Of a stretch of DNA of 25,368 nucleotides, positions 8,845 to 18,658 are shown one piece after another (positions within the stretch are counted from its first letter, which is position 1; each line of letters starts with the position of its first letter). The position numbers and the translations under genes are program-made. A model generated the notes under the pieces. That model did not search any database. It was not told the DNA's origin and worked only from the letters and a program-made list of their open reading frames with translations. The stretch is from Promethearchaeota archaeon. Its GTDB lineage: Archaea; Asgardarchaeota; Lokiarchaeia; Sigyniarchaeales; SOKP01. The stretch lies in the NCBI GenBank assembly GCA_011364925.1, contig RDOA01000029.1, forward strand, positions 1 through 25,368. The letters run 5' to 3'.

Positions 8845-9669
8845 TTAGTTGACTTGTGACTTTTTAGCATAAAGCATAAATACGCCCATCGACCCAAATC
8901 GACTGTCTTTTTCTTTTTTCACATTAAACCCTTTATCCTCTAACATTTTACCTAATTTATTTAAAAGATTTTCTCCCCCTTCAATGTGTTCGTGAACTTC
9001 CATAGAAATCTGTTGGATTTTGTCCCAATCAGACTCATTAATTCCTGAAAGTACTTGGAATTCGTAATTCTCGGCATCTATTTTCATTAAATTTATGGTC
9101 TTTAGATTGTTTTCTTGAATTATATCTGAAATCGCTCGCAATTTACATGGTATTAGTTCCGATTTATACATTCGTTTTAATCCCATCTTAATGAAACTCT
9201 TTCGCAGAAATTTTGGTACATATTTTGCCCCCGGAATAAAACCAACAACCATTTCTTTATAATTACGAAGAAACTGATTCACTTTCAAATCCCAATCGAA
9301 TTCAATTATAGCGGAATCAGCGCTTACTTTAGGATAATAATGAATCTTGGTAATCCCCTCTTTTTCAGCTAATCCAACATTATAATTTTTGACTTCAGCA
9401 GGTAAATTTTTCAAATTTTCCTCCAAAGCATCAAAAGTTATAGGAACCGGTTCAAACGTAAAAATCCGTAAATTTTTCGCTTGTGTTGCCATAAAGCGAG
9501 AAAATAATCCAATATTTGCCCCTACATCAAAAACAACATCGTTATCTGCTACATGAATTCCATAACGAAGATAATCGTTTTCTATATAGATTTCGTCATA
9601 TATGTCTAGAGCAGTCAATTTATCTACATAAGTAATAATTTCTCCATTTGGTAAAGTAAGCGTTTTCAT
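8845..9669 (-). CDS. FkbM family SAM-dependent methyltransferase (paralog A)
   Basis: VVFDVGANIGLF, FEP, LMKIDAE and IQQISMEVH motifs. Confidence 0.92.
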   Translation of the reverse strand: MKTLTLPNGEIITYVDKLTALDIYDEIYIENDYLRYGIHVADNDVVFDVGANIGLFSRFMATQAKNLRIFTFEPVPITFDALEENLKNLPAEVKNYNVGLAEKEGITKIHYYPKVSADSAIIEFDWDLKVNQFLRNYKEMVVGFIPGAKYVPKFLRKSFIKMGLKRMYKSELIPCKLRAISDIIQENNLKTINLMKIDAENYEFQVLSGINESDWDKIQQISMEVHEHIEGGENLLNKLGKMLEDKGFNVKKEKDSRFGSMGVFMLYAKKSQVN

Positions 9670-9763
9670 ATTTTAGACCATTTTATGAATTCTAAAAATG
9701 TAATAAGTAATAATTTGGTTTAGGAAATTAACAATAGAATATATACATTAATAAAAGGATAAT

Positions 9764-9775
9764 AAAAAAAAAAAA
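9764..9775 (-). terminator. Oligo-T tract downstream of the membrane hydrolase
   Basis: A12 run on + (T12 on -) about 10 nt after the stop codon at 9786. Confidence 0.55.
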
Positions 9776-9785
9776 TAAGTTAAAT

Positions 9786-12053
9786 TTATAGAGCAGCACC
9801 AATTAAGGTCCCAACTGTCAAGAACCATACACAAACGATTGCACCGAAAAATGATCCAAGATAGATTTTTCCTGTCTTTCTAAAGAAGAATATCATGATA
9901 AAGTAAAGTAGCCCAAATAAGGGGATCGCTGACATCAATTGAAGATACATTATTGGAGCATTAGGATATCCTTCAAATGGGTAATTTGAAACCATCACTC
10001 CGAGATATTGAACCAAAAATACAACTAGAAGTCCAGCTAGGGTCGCAAACATAAGTTTAATCCACCAGATAAAGTAGGTTTTAAAGGAAGATCCCGCTTC
10101 TTCTTGCCGAAGTTGTCCAAATAATAATATCCCTCCATTTACAAGGAAAAATGGGAGAAACATTGGGAGATAGATCAAGAATAAGACAAACCTCTCCAGA
10201 GTAAACAGTTTTGCGAATGCCCAGAAAATGCGAAATTCTATCAAGAATCCTCCCTGAAAAATACTCACCAATAAATACATCCAGCCAAAGAGAACACCTG
10301 CAAGCAAAACAGTCTTTCCAAATATTCCCCAGTGTCTTTTTTTCTTCAAGTTTGTTAGGAGCAATACCCCTACAAACAAAACAGCAAAAGCTGGAATATA
10401 TAACCAATATGCCCACCAAAGAAATCCCAGAATATGCATCGTCATCCAATCAAAAAATGCCCCTACAAGTAAAAATAATACTCCTAGTGTTTTCCAAAGC
10501 TTTTTTTCCTTAAGTTTTGTAAAGAGCATTACTATACCAAGGATTACTAATATACTCCCAATAATTAGCCAAAGTCCCCACCAAGGAATAAGTAACCAAT
10601 CGCCCCAGCCAGCAAAATAATTATCAAATGCACTGAAGATTTGAGACACGATAGGGAAAACAAGAACTATTAATCCCAGAAAAAATATTAGTTTTCCCCA
10701 ATTGTATTTCTTACCCTGCATATAATCCATATTTACTTCTTCACTACCGTAAGAAACTCCGAGATCGTAAGGAGTAATGCTACCTCTTTCTTTCTTATTG
10801 AACAAATGATACCATAAGCCTATGAAGAAAATCGCTATCGCTGCTGTCATCAAGAAAAATCCTAACCAGTTATTAATCATTCCCATAGATAAAATTGGCG
10901 TGTTAGTAGAAAAGTCCCAAGCATTACCTGCATTCGTAAACAGAATGAAAACCACTGCAGCAATACCAGTATTTATGGACGCAAAAACCCACCAATTTAA
11001 CTTTTTCTTTGTGACTACTCGTTCAGGCATTGGTTGCTTTACTTTTTCGAAATATTTAGTGGATAATAATATTTGGGCAAGGAACATTACTGATATAAGA
11101 CTAATAAACAAAGCAGCACCGCTAAAGATTTCCGTGTATAGATAAGTTTGACCTAAAGTGCCAACAGTTTCCAAAGCTTGAGCTTCACTTTCTCCCTTTA
11201 AAGCTTGCAACATCCAAGCAACAGCTTCTTGATTGACACCCATATCCATAGTCTGACCGGGATGAGTGGTACCTCTAACATAATGTTCTCGATAAGCATT
11301 ACCGGTTGAGAAATCACCATATGTATGATCTACTTCAGCTGGTGTACCAGGCGCTAAACCTGCATTCATTCCTGCAACGATTAATCCTTGCTCGTAAATT
11401 TGACTCACCGTCATACCTGATGTGATGTTGTTGGGTCCGACTAAAGTCATGTCAACAGTGTACCATTCTTCGTATTCTGACCAAATGTGTAGCACATTTT
11501 TATGTACGAAAAAGTTTTGTAGTGATGGTGGAAAAGTTTCAAAAATAGAAGCGTTAGGGGCGTAAACATCTGCTGGTAAACCGTATAGTGGAAAATAAAA
11601 AGCAGATATATAGCCCATTGAATGACCAATTACTCCCATTCCTCCGTCCACGAAAGCTTGTCTTGCAAGCCAAACATAAGCTGTACTGGCACCAAGAATT
11701 TGAGTTGAGAAAGCCGCATCCAATGCTCCCTCAGAATCGCCATGACCTATTTGATCGATTGCCAAAACTACAAATCCAGCTCGTGCTAGTTCTAAAGAAG
11801 TTCCTCGTTGGACATCCTTATCGTTATTGTATCCATGTATGGCAAGAATTCCTGGGGCAGGATGAGCATTATCTACGCCAACTGGTCGATATAATTTCCC
11901 CACCATTTTCGTTCCGTCTGTATGTGTAATTGCTACTTCCTGAACATCAATAGTTCCAAAATTGGTTTGAAATCCATAAGCCATTAGTCCAGAGAAAACA
12001 ACTAGCACTATCGAAATGAGAAAATAAAGTTTAATTTTCTTATCTTTTTCCAT
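9786..12053 (-). CDS. Membrane-anchored alpha/beta hydrolase fused to a large polytopic C-terminal membrane domain
   Basis: N-terminal TM, IHG oxyanion strand, DQIGHGDS, nucleophile elbow GHSMG, candidate acid and His in SEYEE and TTHP, then about 10 or more hydrophobic segments. Confidence 0.85.
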   Translation of the reverse strand: MEKDKKIKLYFLISIVLVVFSGLMAYGFQTNFGTIDVQEVAITHTDGTKMVGKLYRPVGVDNAHPAPGILAIHGYNNDKDVQRGTSLELARAGFVVLAIDQIGHGDSEGALDAAFSTQILGASTAYVWLARQAFVDGGMGVIGHSMGYISAFYFPLYGLPADVYAPNASIFETFPPSLQNFFVHKNVLHIWSEYEEWYTVDMTLVGPNNITSGMTVSQIYEQGLIVAGMNAGLAPGTPAEVDHTYGDFSTGNAYREHYVRGTTHPGQTMDMGVNQEAVAWMLQALKGESEAQALETVGTLGQTYLYTEIFSGAALFISLISVMFLAQILLSTKYFEKVKQPMPERVVTKKKLNWWVFASINTGIAAVVFILFTNAGNAWDFSTNTPILSMGMINNWLGFFLMTAAIAIFFIGLWYHLFNKKERGSITPYDLGVSYGSEEVNMDYMQGKKYNWGKLIFFLGLIVLVFPIVSQIFSAFDNYFAGWGDWLLIPWWGLWLIIGSILVILGIVMLFTKLKEKKLWKTLGVLFLLVGAFFDWMTMHILGFLWWAYWLYIPAFAVLFVGVLLLTNLKKKRHWGIFGKTVLLAGVLFGWMYLLVSIFQGGFLIEFRIFWAFAKLFTLERFVLFLIYLPMFLPFFLVNGGILLFGQLRQEEAGSSFKTYFIWWIKLMFATLAGLLVVFLVQYLGVMVSNYPFEGYPNAPIMYLQLMSAIPLFGLLYFIMIFFFRKTGKIYLGSFFGAIVCVWFLTVGTLIGAAL

Positions 12054-12114
12054 AATTGTACACTTTTTTTTAGATTAGATTTAATTCTAAATCAATTGTA
12101 ATTAATCAATTCTG

Positions 12115-12145
12115 GTTATAAAGATTTAGCTTGAATATTCAAGCT
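12115..12145 (-). promoter_or_regulatory. TATA box (TTTATAAC, 12115-12122) with a perfect 18-bp palindrome AGCTTGAATATTCAAGCT (12128-12145) immediately upstream
   Basis: The palindrome was verified by reverse complement. It abuts the BRE/TATA position of the hydrolase gene. Confidence 0.65.
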
Positions 12146-12183
12146 TTTTTATTAGTGCTTAATTTTTTGACCCCTAATCTCAT

Positions 12184-12825
12184 CTACTGACATATCGCGC
12201 GAAATACTTTTCTTTCAATTTTACGCAAATGTTCATATAACGCACTTTTTGTAATATTAAAGTGTTCAGCTAAATCATCAGAACTAGCCTTACGAGGAAT
12301 CTCATAATATCCCCTCTCTACAGCATAATAAATAATTGATTTTTGCTTTTCCGTTAATAACATGGATAAGTTATTCAAATCAGGCTGAATGGAAGTAATA
12401 TTAAGAATATTTAACTGATCACCATAAATCTTTTTATATCGCTCTATTAACGAATCAACGTAAATAACAGCTGTTAAATAAGTGACTGTCATATATTTTT
12501 CATCCGTTATTACAGGTGGGTAAATCATTAAGTCTGTATTATTAAAAAAACGATGTAATTCCTCGTCCCACTGACATTTTACTAAACAGATATACTCATT
12601 TTTATTTTTGTTTTCAGATAATACTTCAAGAGATAGATTACATAATTTTTCTAAATCTTTTGGATTAGATTTGTTGGATTTGAAAACAAATTTTTGGGTA
12701 TATATCGCATAATCTTCATTAAAACGATATATTTGAAGTATCTCACATTTATTAATTAATTTAAAGAGTGTTTTGTATCTTGAAGGAGTTGGAAACTTTA
12801 AGGTGATTTTTTTATAGTTCTTCAT
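12184..12825 (-). CDS. HTH_10 (bacterio-opsin activator-type) transcriptional regulator
   Basis: C-terminal LTEKQKSIIYYAVERGYYEIPRKASSDDLAEHFNITKSALYEHLRKIERK is the classic HTH_10 signature. Confidence 0.92.
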   Translation of the reverse strand: MKNYKKITLKFPTPSRYKTLFKLINKCEILQIYRFNEDYAIYTQKFVFKSNKSNPKDLEKLCNLSLEVLSENKNKNEYICLVKCQWDEELHRFFNNTDLMIYPPVITDEKYMTVTYLTAVIYVDSLIERYKKIYGDQLNILNITSIQPDLNNLSMLLTEKQKSIIYYAVERGYYEIPRKASSDDLAEHFNITKSALYEHLRKIERKVFRAICQ

Positions 12826-12849
12826 GTATCATAAGTAAATATGTTTGGG

Positions 12850-12857
12850 CATATAAA
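12850..12857 (-). promoter_or_regulatory. TATA box of the HTH_10 gene (probably leaderless)
   Basis: TTTATATG on the - strand about 25 nt upstream of the ATG; no SD. Confidence 0.5.
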
Positions 12858-12952
12858 GGTGTTTCCTTAGAACATAAATTTGATGATTGTTGGTTCAAAA
12901 TCCTTGACGAATTATAATTATTTACTCCACTAAGTTTTTTAATTTTTATGAG

Positions 12953-13783
12953 TTATGGTCGTTTAGCATAAAGCATGTAAACACCTATTTTGAGAGAGTA
13001 CCTATTATCTGAACCTCTTTTAACAGAATATCCTTTACTTTCCAACATTTCAGATAAATTATTTAGAAGATTTTCTCCTCCTACAATATGTTCGTGAACT
13101 TCCATAGAAATCTGTTGGATCTTATCCCAATCAGAGTGATTTAACCCTTTAAGTACTTGAGTTTCATAGTTCTCAGCGTCAATTTTCATTAAATTAATGG
13201 TTTCAAGATTATTTTCCTTGATTATGTCTGAAACTGTTCGTAATTCGCACGGTATCAACTTTTCTTTATATAACCGCTTCAATCCCACTTTTATAAAGCT
13301 TCTTCGGAGGAATTTTGGTATAACCTTTACATATGGATAAGCCTTAGCAACAGTCTCCTTGAAATATTGATGGTAGTTGTTAACTTTTAAGTCCCAATCG
13401 AATTTAATAATAGCAGAATCAGCACTTACTCTCGGGAAATAATGGATTGTAGCAATCTCCTCTTTTTCGGCTAACCCAATGTTATAATTTTTAATTATGG
13501 CTGGTGAGTTCTTAAGGTTCTCTTGTAGTACATCAAATATCATTGGTACGGGTTCAAAAGTATAAATATGTAAATTCGTTGCCTTCGTTGCTATATAACG
13601 AGAAAATAATCCTATGTTCGCACCAATATCAAAGACAACATCGTTATCATTTAGTGTAAGCCCGTGGCGAAAATATTCATTTTCAATATATACTTCATTG
13701 TAAACATCAAGCGCTGTTAGTTTGTCTATGTAAGAGATAATTTCTCCATTCGGTAGGGTAAGCTGTTTCATCTTTTTCTTCAT
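12953..13783 (-). CDS. FkbM family SAM-dependent methyltransferase (paralog B)
   Basis: VVFDIGANIGLF, FEP, LMKIDAE and IQQISMEVH motifs; colinear with 8845-9669. Confidence 0.92.
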   Translation of the reverse strand: MKKKMKQLTLPNGEIISYIDKLTALDVYNEVYIENEYFRHGLTLNDNDVVFDIGANIGLFSRYIATKATNLHIYTFEPVPMIFDVLQENLKNSPAIIKNYNIGLAEKEEIATIHYFPRVSADSAIIKFDWDLKVNNYHQYFKETVAKAYPYVKVIPKFLRRSFIKVGLKRLYKEKLIPCELRTVSDIIKENNLETINLMKIDAENYETQVLKGLNHSDWDKIQQISMEVHEHIVGGENLLNNLSEMLESKGYSVKRGSDNRYSLKIGVYMLYAKRP

Positions 13784-13895
13784 AATTGCATAATGAAAAT
13801 GAATTTGATTAATAAATTTATAATAATGAACATAGTAAATCTTTTCTGTAAATTCAATTGATAAATTTTAAATTCTCTTTCTACCTATAGCTTTT

Positions 13896-14705
13896 ATGTC
13901 TAGTTCAGAAGTCTGGTATGAAGTAATAGAACATAAAGATTATTTATATGTTATAAGAGAAAGGATCGATGAGATCGAACCTCGGTTTCATACCGCTTAT
14001 GTAAATATTTATTTACTATTAGGTAGTGAAAAAGCTCTATTAATTGATACTGGTTGCGGCCTTTTTCCTCTGAAGCCAATTATCGATAAGATAATAGGAC
14101 AAAGGGAGCTTTTAGTGTTTAATACTCATTGTCACTTTGATCATAGAGGCGCAAATGATGAATTTCCAGAAGTTTATATCCATGAGAGTGAGAAAAGTAT
14201 GATTTCTGTACCTGAAGACATTTCTTGGTTAAAAGATTCTTCAAAGGAGATAGTAGAAAAATATAAAAAAAAAGATTTTAAACTTAAACCTTCCGCAATT
14301 ATAAAATCCTTAAAAGAAGGAGATGAATTAGATTTGGGTGGAATAAAGGTTAAAATTATTCATACTCCCGGTCATTCAGTTGGTTCAATCTCACTATTTA
14401 CTGATAAAGGAGAACTATTTACAGGAGATCTTGCCCATTATGGAGCAATGTATCTTCCAAAAAAATCAGAATTACATGTAATCTTAGAAAGTCTTTCAAA
14501 ATTATTAACATTATTTGAGAACTTTAAGTCGAAAAAGATTTATCCCGCACACGAAGATTATGCTGTGGGAAAAGAATTAATATCTTCTCTGCATAAAGGA
14601 ATATCCAATCTCGATCTTATCTGGCATACAAAAATAAAGGATGAGTTCTTAGAAGCTTGGATATTGGATGACAAAAATTTTAGATATGTAGTCTCGATTA
14701 AGTAA
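13896..14705 (+). CDS. Metallo-beta-lactamase-fold hydrolase
   Basis: LIDTG, NTHCHFDH, HTPGH, FTGD and YPAH motifs. Confidence 0.92.
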   Translation: MSSSEVWYEVIEHKDYLYVIRERIDEIEPRFHTAYVNIYLLLGSEKALLIDTGCGLFPLKPIIDKIIGQRELLVFNTHCHFDHRGANDEFPEVYIHESEKSMISVPEDISWLKDSSKEIVEKYKKKDFKLKPSAIIKSLKEGDELDLGGIKVKIIHTPGHSVGSISLFTDKGELFTGDLAHYGAMYLPKKSELHVILESLSKLLTLFENFKSKKIYPAHEDYAVGKELISSLHKGISNLDLIWHTKIKDEFLEAWILDDKNFRYVVSIK

Positions 14706-17284
14706 TGATGCAAAAAGTAGATAAAATAGTTTTATCGCAAAATTGGACTTTAATTCATAAAGAGAAGGGGCTGAGATTATCTACAGAAGTTCCTGGTTCA
14801 GTGTACGAATCATTAATTGAAAATAACATCATTGAGGACCCATTTTTTGGATTAAATGAACATAAGATGGGTTGGATATATGAATCGGATTGGGAATACC
14901 ACCTACTCTTTGATCTTGATAAGGCATTTTTAGAACATAAAAATATAAGTTTACGCTTTAATGGAATTGATACTTTTTCTGAAATATGGTTAAACGAAGA
15001 GTTCTTAGGCTCTACTGACAATATGTTTGTATATTATGAGTTTGAGGTGAGCTCAAAACTTAACCAAAAAGAAAATGTTCTAAAGATCGTAATTAAAAGC
15101 CCTACAAAAGTAGCAGAAGAGGAAATAAAGAAACATAAGGTTAAGTTAAATACAGGATCAGATTATCTTCCTGGAGTGCCTTATTTAAGAAAAGCTCAAT
15201 ATTCTTTTGGCTGGGATTGGGGCCCAAAATTACCAGATATTGCGATTTGGAAACCAATAGAGCTTATTGGACATGATGGAATGAGAATCAATTCTGTTCT
15301 TATTGATCAAATTTTTAAATATAATATGGAACCTACTGAAATAGAAAATCCTCAAGATATAACAAACATCGGGGTAATGGCTGTTGATTTATCCATAAAA
15401 ATTCAGTTATCTGGAGTCGATGATGTAAGTAAATATCAAATTCAGATTGAATTGACGGCTCCTGATGATACAGTACTTTCTCAAAGACATGATTTCGATT
15501 CATTAATTAATTTCCATATTGAATATCCATATCTTTGGTGGACACATGATCTAGGAACTCCTAATTTATACGATCTAAAAGTTTCTCTATTAAATGAAGG
15601 AATTGTAGAAGAATTCAAGCAAAAAATTGGAATGAGGGATCTTAGATTAATTCAAAATGAAGATCAGTGGGGAAAGTCATTTTATTTTATATTAAACGGC
15701 GTACCATTGTTTGCTAAAGGTGCAAATTGGATTCCAATAGATAGTTTTATACCTCGTGGCAAAAAGAAGGGATTATATCAATCAAATTTGAAAAATGCTA
15801 AGGAAGCAAACATGAACATGATTAGAGTGTGGGGTGGCGGGATATACGAAACTGATCTATTCTATGACCTATGCGATTTTCTCGGGCTATTGGTTTGGCA
15901 GGATTTTCCTTATGCTTGTGCTATTTATCCTTATCATGAAGAATTTTTCAAGAATATCCAACTTGAGTCAAAACAAAATGTAATTAGACTCAGAAACCAT
16001 CCTAGCCTTGCTCTTTGGTGTGGCAATAATGAAATCGAATGGTTATGGCTTTGGGAACTTAAAATTTCTGAAATTGAAGAAGAAAGTGTAATCAAAAAGT
16101 ATATGGACGGATATATAAAATTGTTTGAGGAAATCATTCCAAGATTACTTGAAATTTACGATCCAAATCATTTTTATTGGCCTAGTTCCCCTTCAAATGG
16201 ATTTCCAGGTCAGGATTTAGGATCCACAGATTCGAATTCAGCTGATAAAGGAGACTCACATTTCTGGGAGGTTTGGCATTCTAATAAACCATTTAAGGCG
16301 TATAAGAAATTTCATTCAAGGTTTATGTCTGAATTTGGTTTTGAGTCGTTTCCATCTATGAAAACAATCGAAGAATTCTGCCCGAGTGAACAATATATCA
16401 TTTTTTCGCCAATAATGGAAAACCATCAGAAAAACTCAGCTGGAAACAAAAAAATTTTGGATTATATGAAAAAAAGATTCTCGATACCTGAAGCGTTCGA
16501 AAATCAAGTAATTTTATCTCAATTAACCCAGGCTGAAGCGATCGAGTATGGTGTTGAACATTGGAGACGCAATCGTAATCAACACCATTGTATGGGCTCC
16601 CTCTACTGGCAATTAAATGATTGCTGGCCCGTCGCTAGTTGGTCATCACTAGATTATTCTAACCGCTGGAAGGCACTTCATTATTTTGCGAAGAGATTTT
16701 ATCAACCACTCTTCGCAAGTGTAAATGAAAGTAAAAAAGACGCTGAGTTATGGGTAACTAATGATTATAAGATTCAAAGAAATGTAAGATTAGAATGGAA
16801 AATCTTAGATTATCGTTCTAGCTTATTAAAAAGTGGAGAGAAACAATTAATAATTAATCCTTGCACATCACTTTTAGTAGATAAAATAGATTATGAGGAT
16901 ATTGTAAAGAGGAGTGAGCAGATTATTTTGATTAATCTATTTGATACTGAACATGGGGATTTAATATATCAAAATTTTCGATTACTCGATGCTCCGAAAA
17001 GATTCCCACTAAAGAATCCATCTCTTACATGGGAATGCCATAAGTCTGCTGATTTTGAATATGAAATTGAGATATCGAGTAAGGAATTGGCATTATATGT
17101 GTTTATAGATTCAGATAAATTTGATCTTATTGCTAGTGATAATTTTTTCGTTTTAGAGCCCAATAATTCAAAGACTATCGTTCTCAAAGAATTAAATTTT
17201 GTATATTCCTCTGAACCGTATCCTTTAGTCAACAAAACTGATTTTATTGTGAAATCACTATATGATTTGATCGAATTTTCATAA
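14705..17284 (+). CDS. GH2 beta-mannosidase
   Basis: RKAQYSFGWDWGP, KGANWIP, RVWGGG, WQDF, WCGNNE (acid/base), SEFG (nucleophile) and WQLNDCWP. TAATG overlap with the MBL gene. Confidence 0.92.
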   Translation: MMQKVDKIVLSQNWTLIHKEKGLRLSTEVPGSVYESLIENNIIEDPFFGLNEHKMGWIYESDWEYHLLFDLDKAFLEHKNISLRFNGIDTFSEIWLNEEFLGSTDNMFVYYEFEVSSKLNQKENVLKIVIKSPTKVAEEEIKKHKVKLNTGSDYLPGVPYLRKAQYSFGWDWGPKLPDIAIWKPIELIGHDGMRINSVLIDQIFKYNMEPTEIENPQDITNIGVMAVDLSIKIQLSGVDDVSKYQIQIELTAPDDTVLSQRHDFDSLINFHIEYPYLWWTHDLGTPNLYDLKVSLLNEGIVEEFKQKIGMRDLRLIQNEDQWGKSFYFILNGVPLFAKGANWIPIDSFIPRGKKKGLYQSNLKNAKEANMNMIRVWGGGIYETDLFYDLCDFLGLLVWQDFPYACAIYPYHEEFFKNIQLESKQNVIRLRNHPSLALWCGNNEIEWLWLWELKISEIEEESVIKKYMDGYIKLFEEIIPRLLEIYDPNHFYWPSSPSNGFPGQDLGSTDSNSADKGDSHFWEVWHSNKPFKAYKKFHSRFMSEFGFESFPSMKTIEEFCPSEQYIIFSPIMENHQKNSAGNKKILDYMKKRFSIPEAFENQVILSQLTQAEAIEYGVEHWRRNRNQHHCMGSLYWQLNDCWPVASWSSLDYSNRWKALHYFAKRFYQPLFASVNESKKDAELWVTNDYKIQRNVRLEWKILDYRSSLLKSGEKQLIINPCTSLLVDKIDYEDIVKRSEQIILINLFDTEHGDLIYQNFRLLDAPKRFPLKNPSLTWECHKSADFEYEIEISSKELALYVFIDSDKFDLIASDNFFVLEPNNSKTIVLKELNFVYSSEPYPLVNKTDFIVKSLYDLIEFS

Positions 17285-17344
17285 ATTATTTACATCTTAT
17301 TTTATTTTTCTACATAATTTCAATTGGATATTAGGGATTTTTCT

Positions 17345-18649
17345 ATGACCAAAAAGCAAAAAGTAGTATTAATAGGTGCGAGTTCGCTACAATTTGGCTT
17401 GGGTACAGCAGGGAGCATCATAAACAGCGAGATTTTGCAGGGCTCAACAATTAGTCTGCACGATATCGATTCGACTAATTTAGAATTAGTTACCCAAGCC
17501 TGTAAAGGAGCTATTGAAAAAGGAAACTTCGATATTGAACTTGAATCGACAACAGAAAGAAAACAAGCGTTAAAAAACGCAACTTTTATTATTAATTCCA
17601 TAGAAATACCCCCCAGATTTGAATTGTGGAATTTGGATTATGAAACACCTCGTAAGTATGGAAACAAGCAAGTCTATGGCGAGAATGGCGGACCTGGTGG
17701 ATTATTTCACTCTTTAAGAGTGATTCCTCCTATTCTTAAAATATGTGATGATATTCAAAAGATATGTCCCAGTGCGTTCCTCATTAATTTTTCAAATCCG
17801 ATGAGTAGAATTTGTTTAGCTATCAAGCGTAAGTACCCTGAGTTAAAGTTCGTTGGCTTATGTCACGAACTTCTTGGGTTTCAACATCATTATAGAAAAA
17901 TCTTGAATACTCCTCTTACTAATTTGGATATAGTCGCTGGTGGACTTAACCATTTTGGAGTTGTGTTATCAATCAAATATATTGACTCTGGTAAAGATGC
18001 ATACCCTGATCTCAGAGCTAAAGCTCCAGCTTACCTCAGTGAACTTAAAGGTTATGAAAGTGATGTTGATTTAGTGAAATACATACTTGAAAAGTTTGGA
18101 TACATTCCATACACGCTCGACTCCCACTATGGTGAATACATAGGTTGGGCACACGATAAGGCCAATTTAGAAGGTATAAGACTGTTTTATAACGGATATA
18201 AATCGATAACATTAAAAACGGGCGATAGATTAGTAAAGAGGATAAAAAGAGGAAGTGGAGCAAGTTTAGTAAAACCAGATAATGAAAGGGCAATTCCTAT
18301 CATTGAAGGGATTATTACTGATTCAGGACATCAAGAAGCTTCAGTCAATTTACCAAATGATGGAGTCATAACTAACATTCTTCAAGATTTAGTAGTGGAG
18401 TGTCCAGCGATTGTTAATAAACATGGGTTGGAAGCCGTAAAACTTGGAGATTATCCAAAAGGATTAGCAGCTTTATTGCGTAATCAAGCTTCAGTCCAAG
18501 ATTTAGTAGTAGATGCAATTCTTAAAAAATCTAAAGAACTTGCATTTCAAGCGTTACTTTTAGACCCAACGATTGACAACGCCACTAAAGCCGAGGAGAT
18601 GTTCGAAGAAATGATAAAAATAAATCAAAATTATATTGATTTAAATTAA
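17345..18649 (+). CDS. GH4 NAD+/Mn2+-dependent glycosidase, probably alpha-glucosidase subgroup (CHE motif)
   Basis: Rossmann strand VVLIGASS, GENGGPGG, NFSNPM, GLCHEL, GLNHF and VVECP. The ATG at 17345 is preferred over the TTG at 17324. Confidence 0.88.
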   Translation: MTKKQKVVLIGASSLQFGLGTAGSIINSEILQGSTISLHDIDSTNLELVTQACKGAIEKGNFDIELESTTERKQALKNATFIINSIEIPPRFELWNLDYETPRKYGNKQVYGENGGPGGLFHSLRVIPPILKICDDIQKICPSAFLINFSNPMSRICLAIKRKYPELKFVGLCHELLGFQHHYRKILNTPLTNLDIVAGGLNHFGVVLSIKYIDSGKDAYPDLRAKAPAYLSELKGYESDVDLVKYILEKFGYIPYTLDSHYGEYIGWAHDKANLEGIRLFYNGYKSITLKTGDRLVKRIKRGSGASLVKPDNERAIPIIEGIITDSGHQEASVNLPNDGVITNILQDLVVECPAIVNKHGLEAVKLGDYPKGLAALLRNQASVQDLVVDAILKKSKELAFQALLLDPTIDNATKAEEMFEEMIKINQNYIDLN

Positions 18650-18658
18650 AATCTCCTT

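Noticed and set aside
8845-13783. FkbM copies as terminal repeats of a mobile element or an assembly duplication
   Set aside because: The copies are substantially diverged and both intact. There is no transposase, integrase or target-site duplication.
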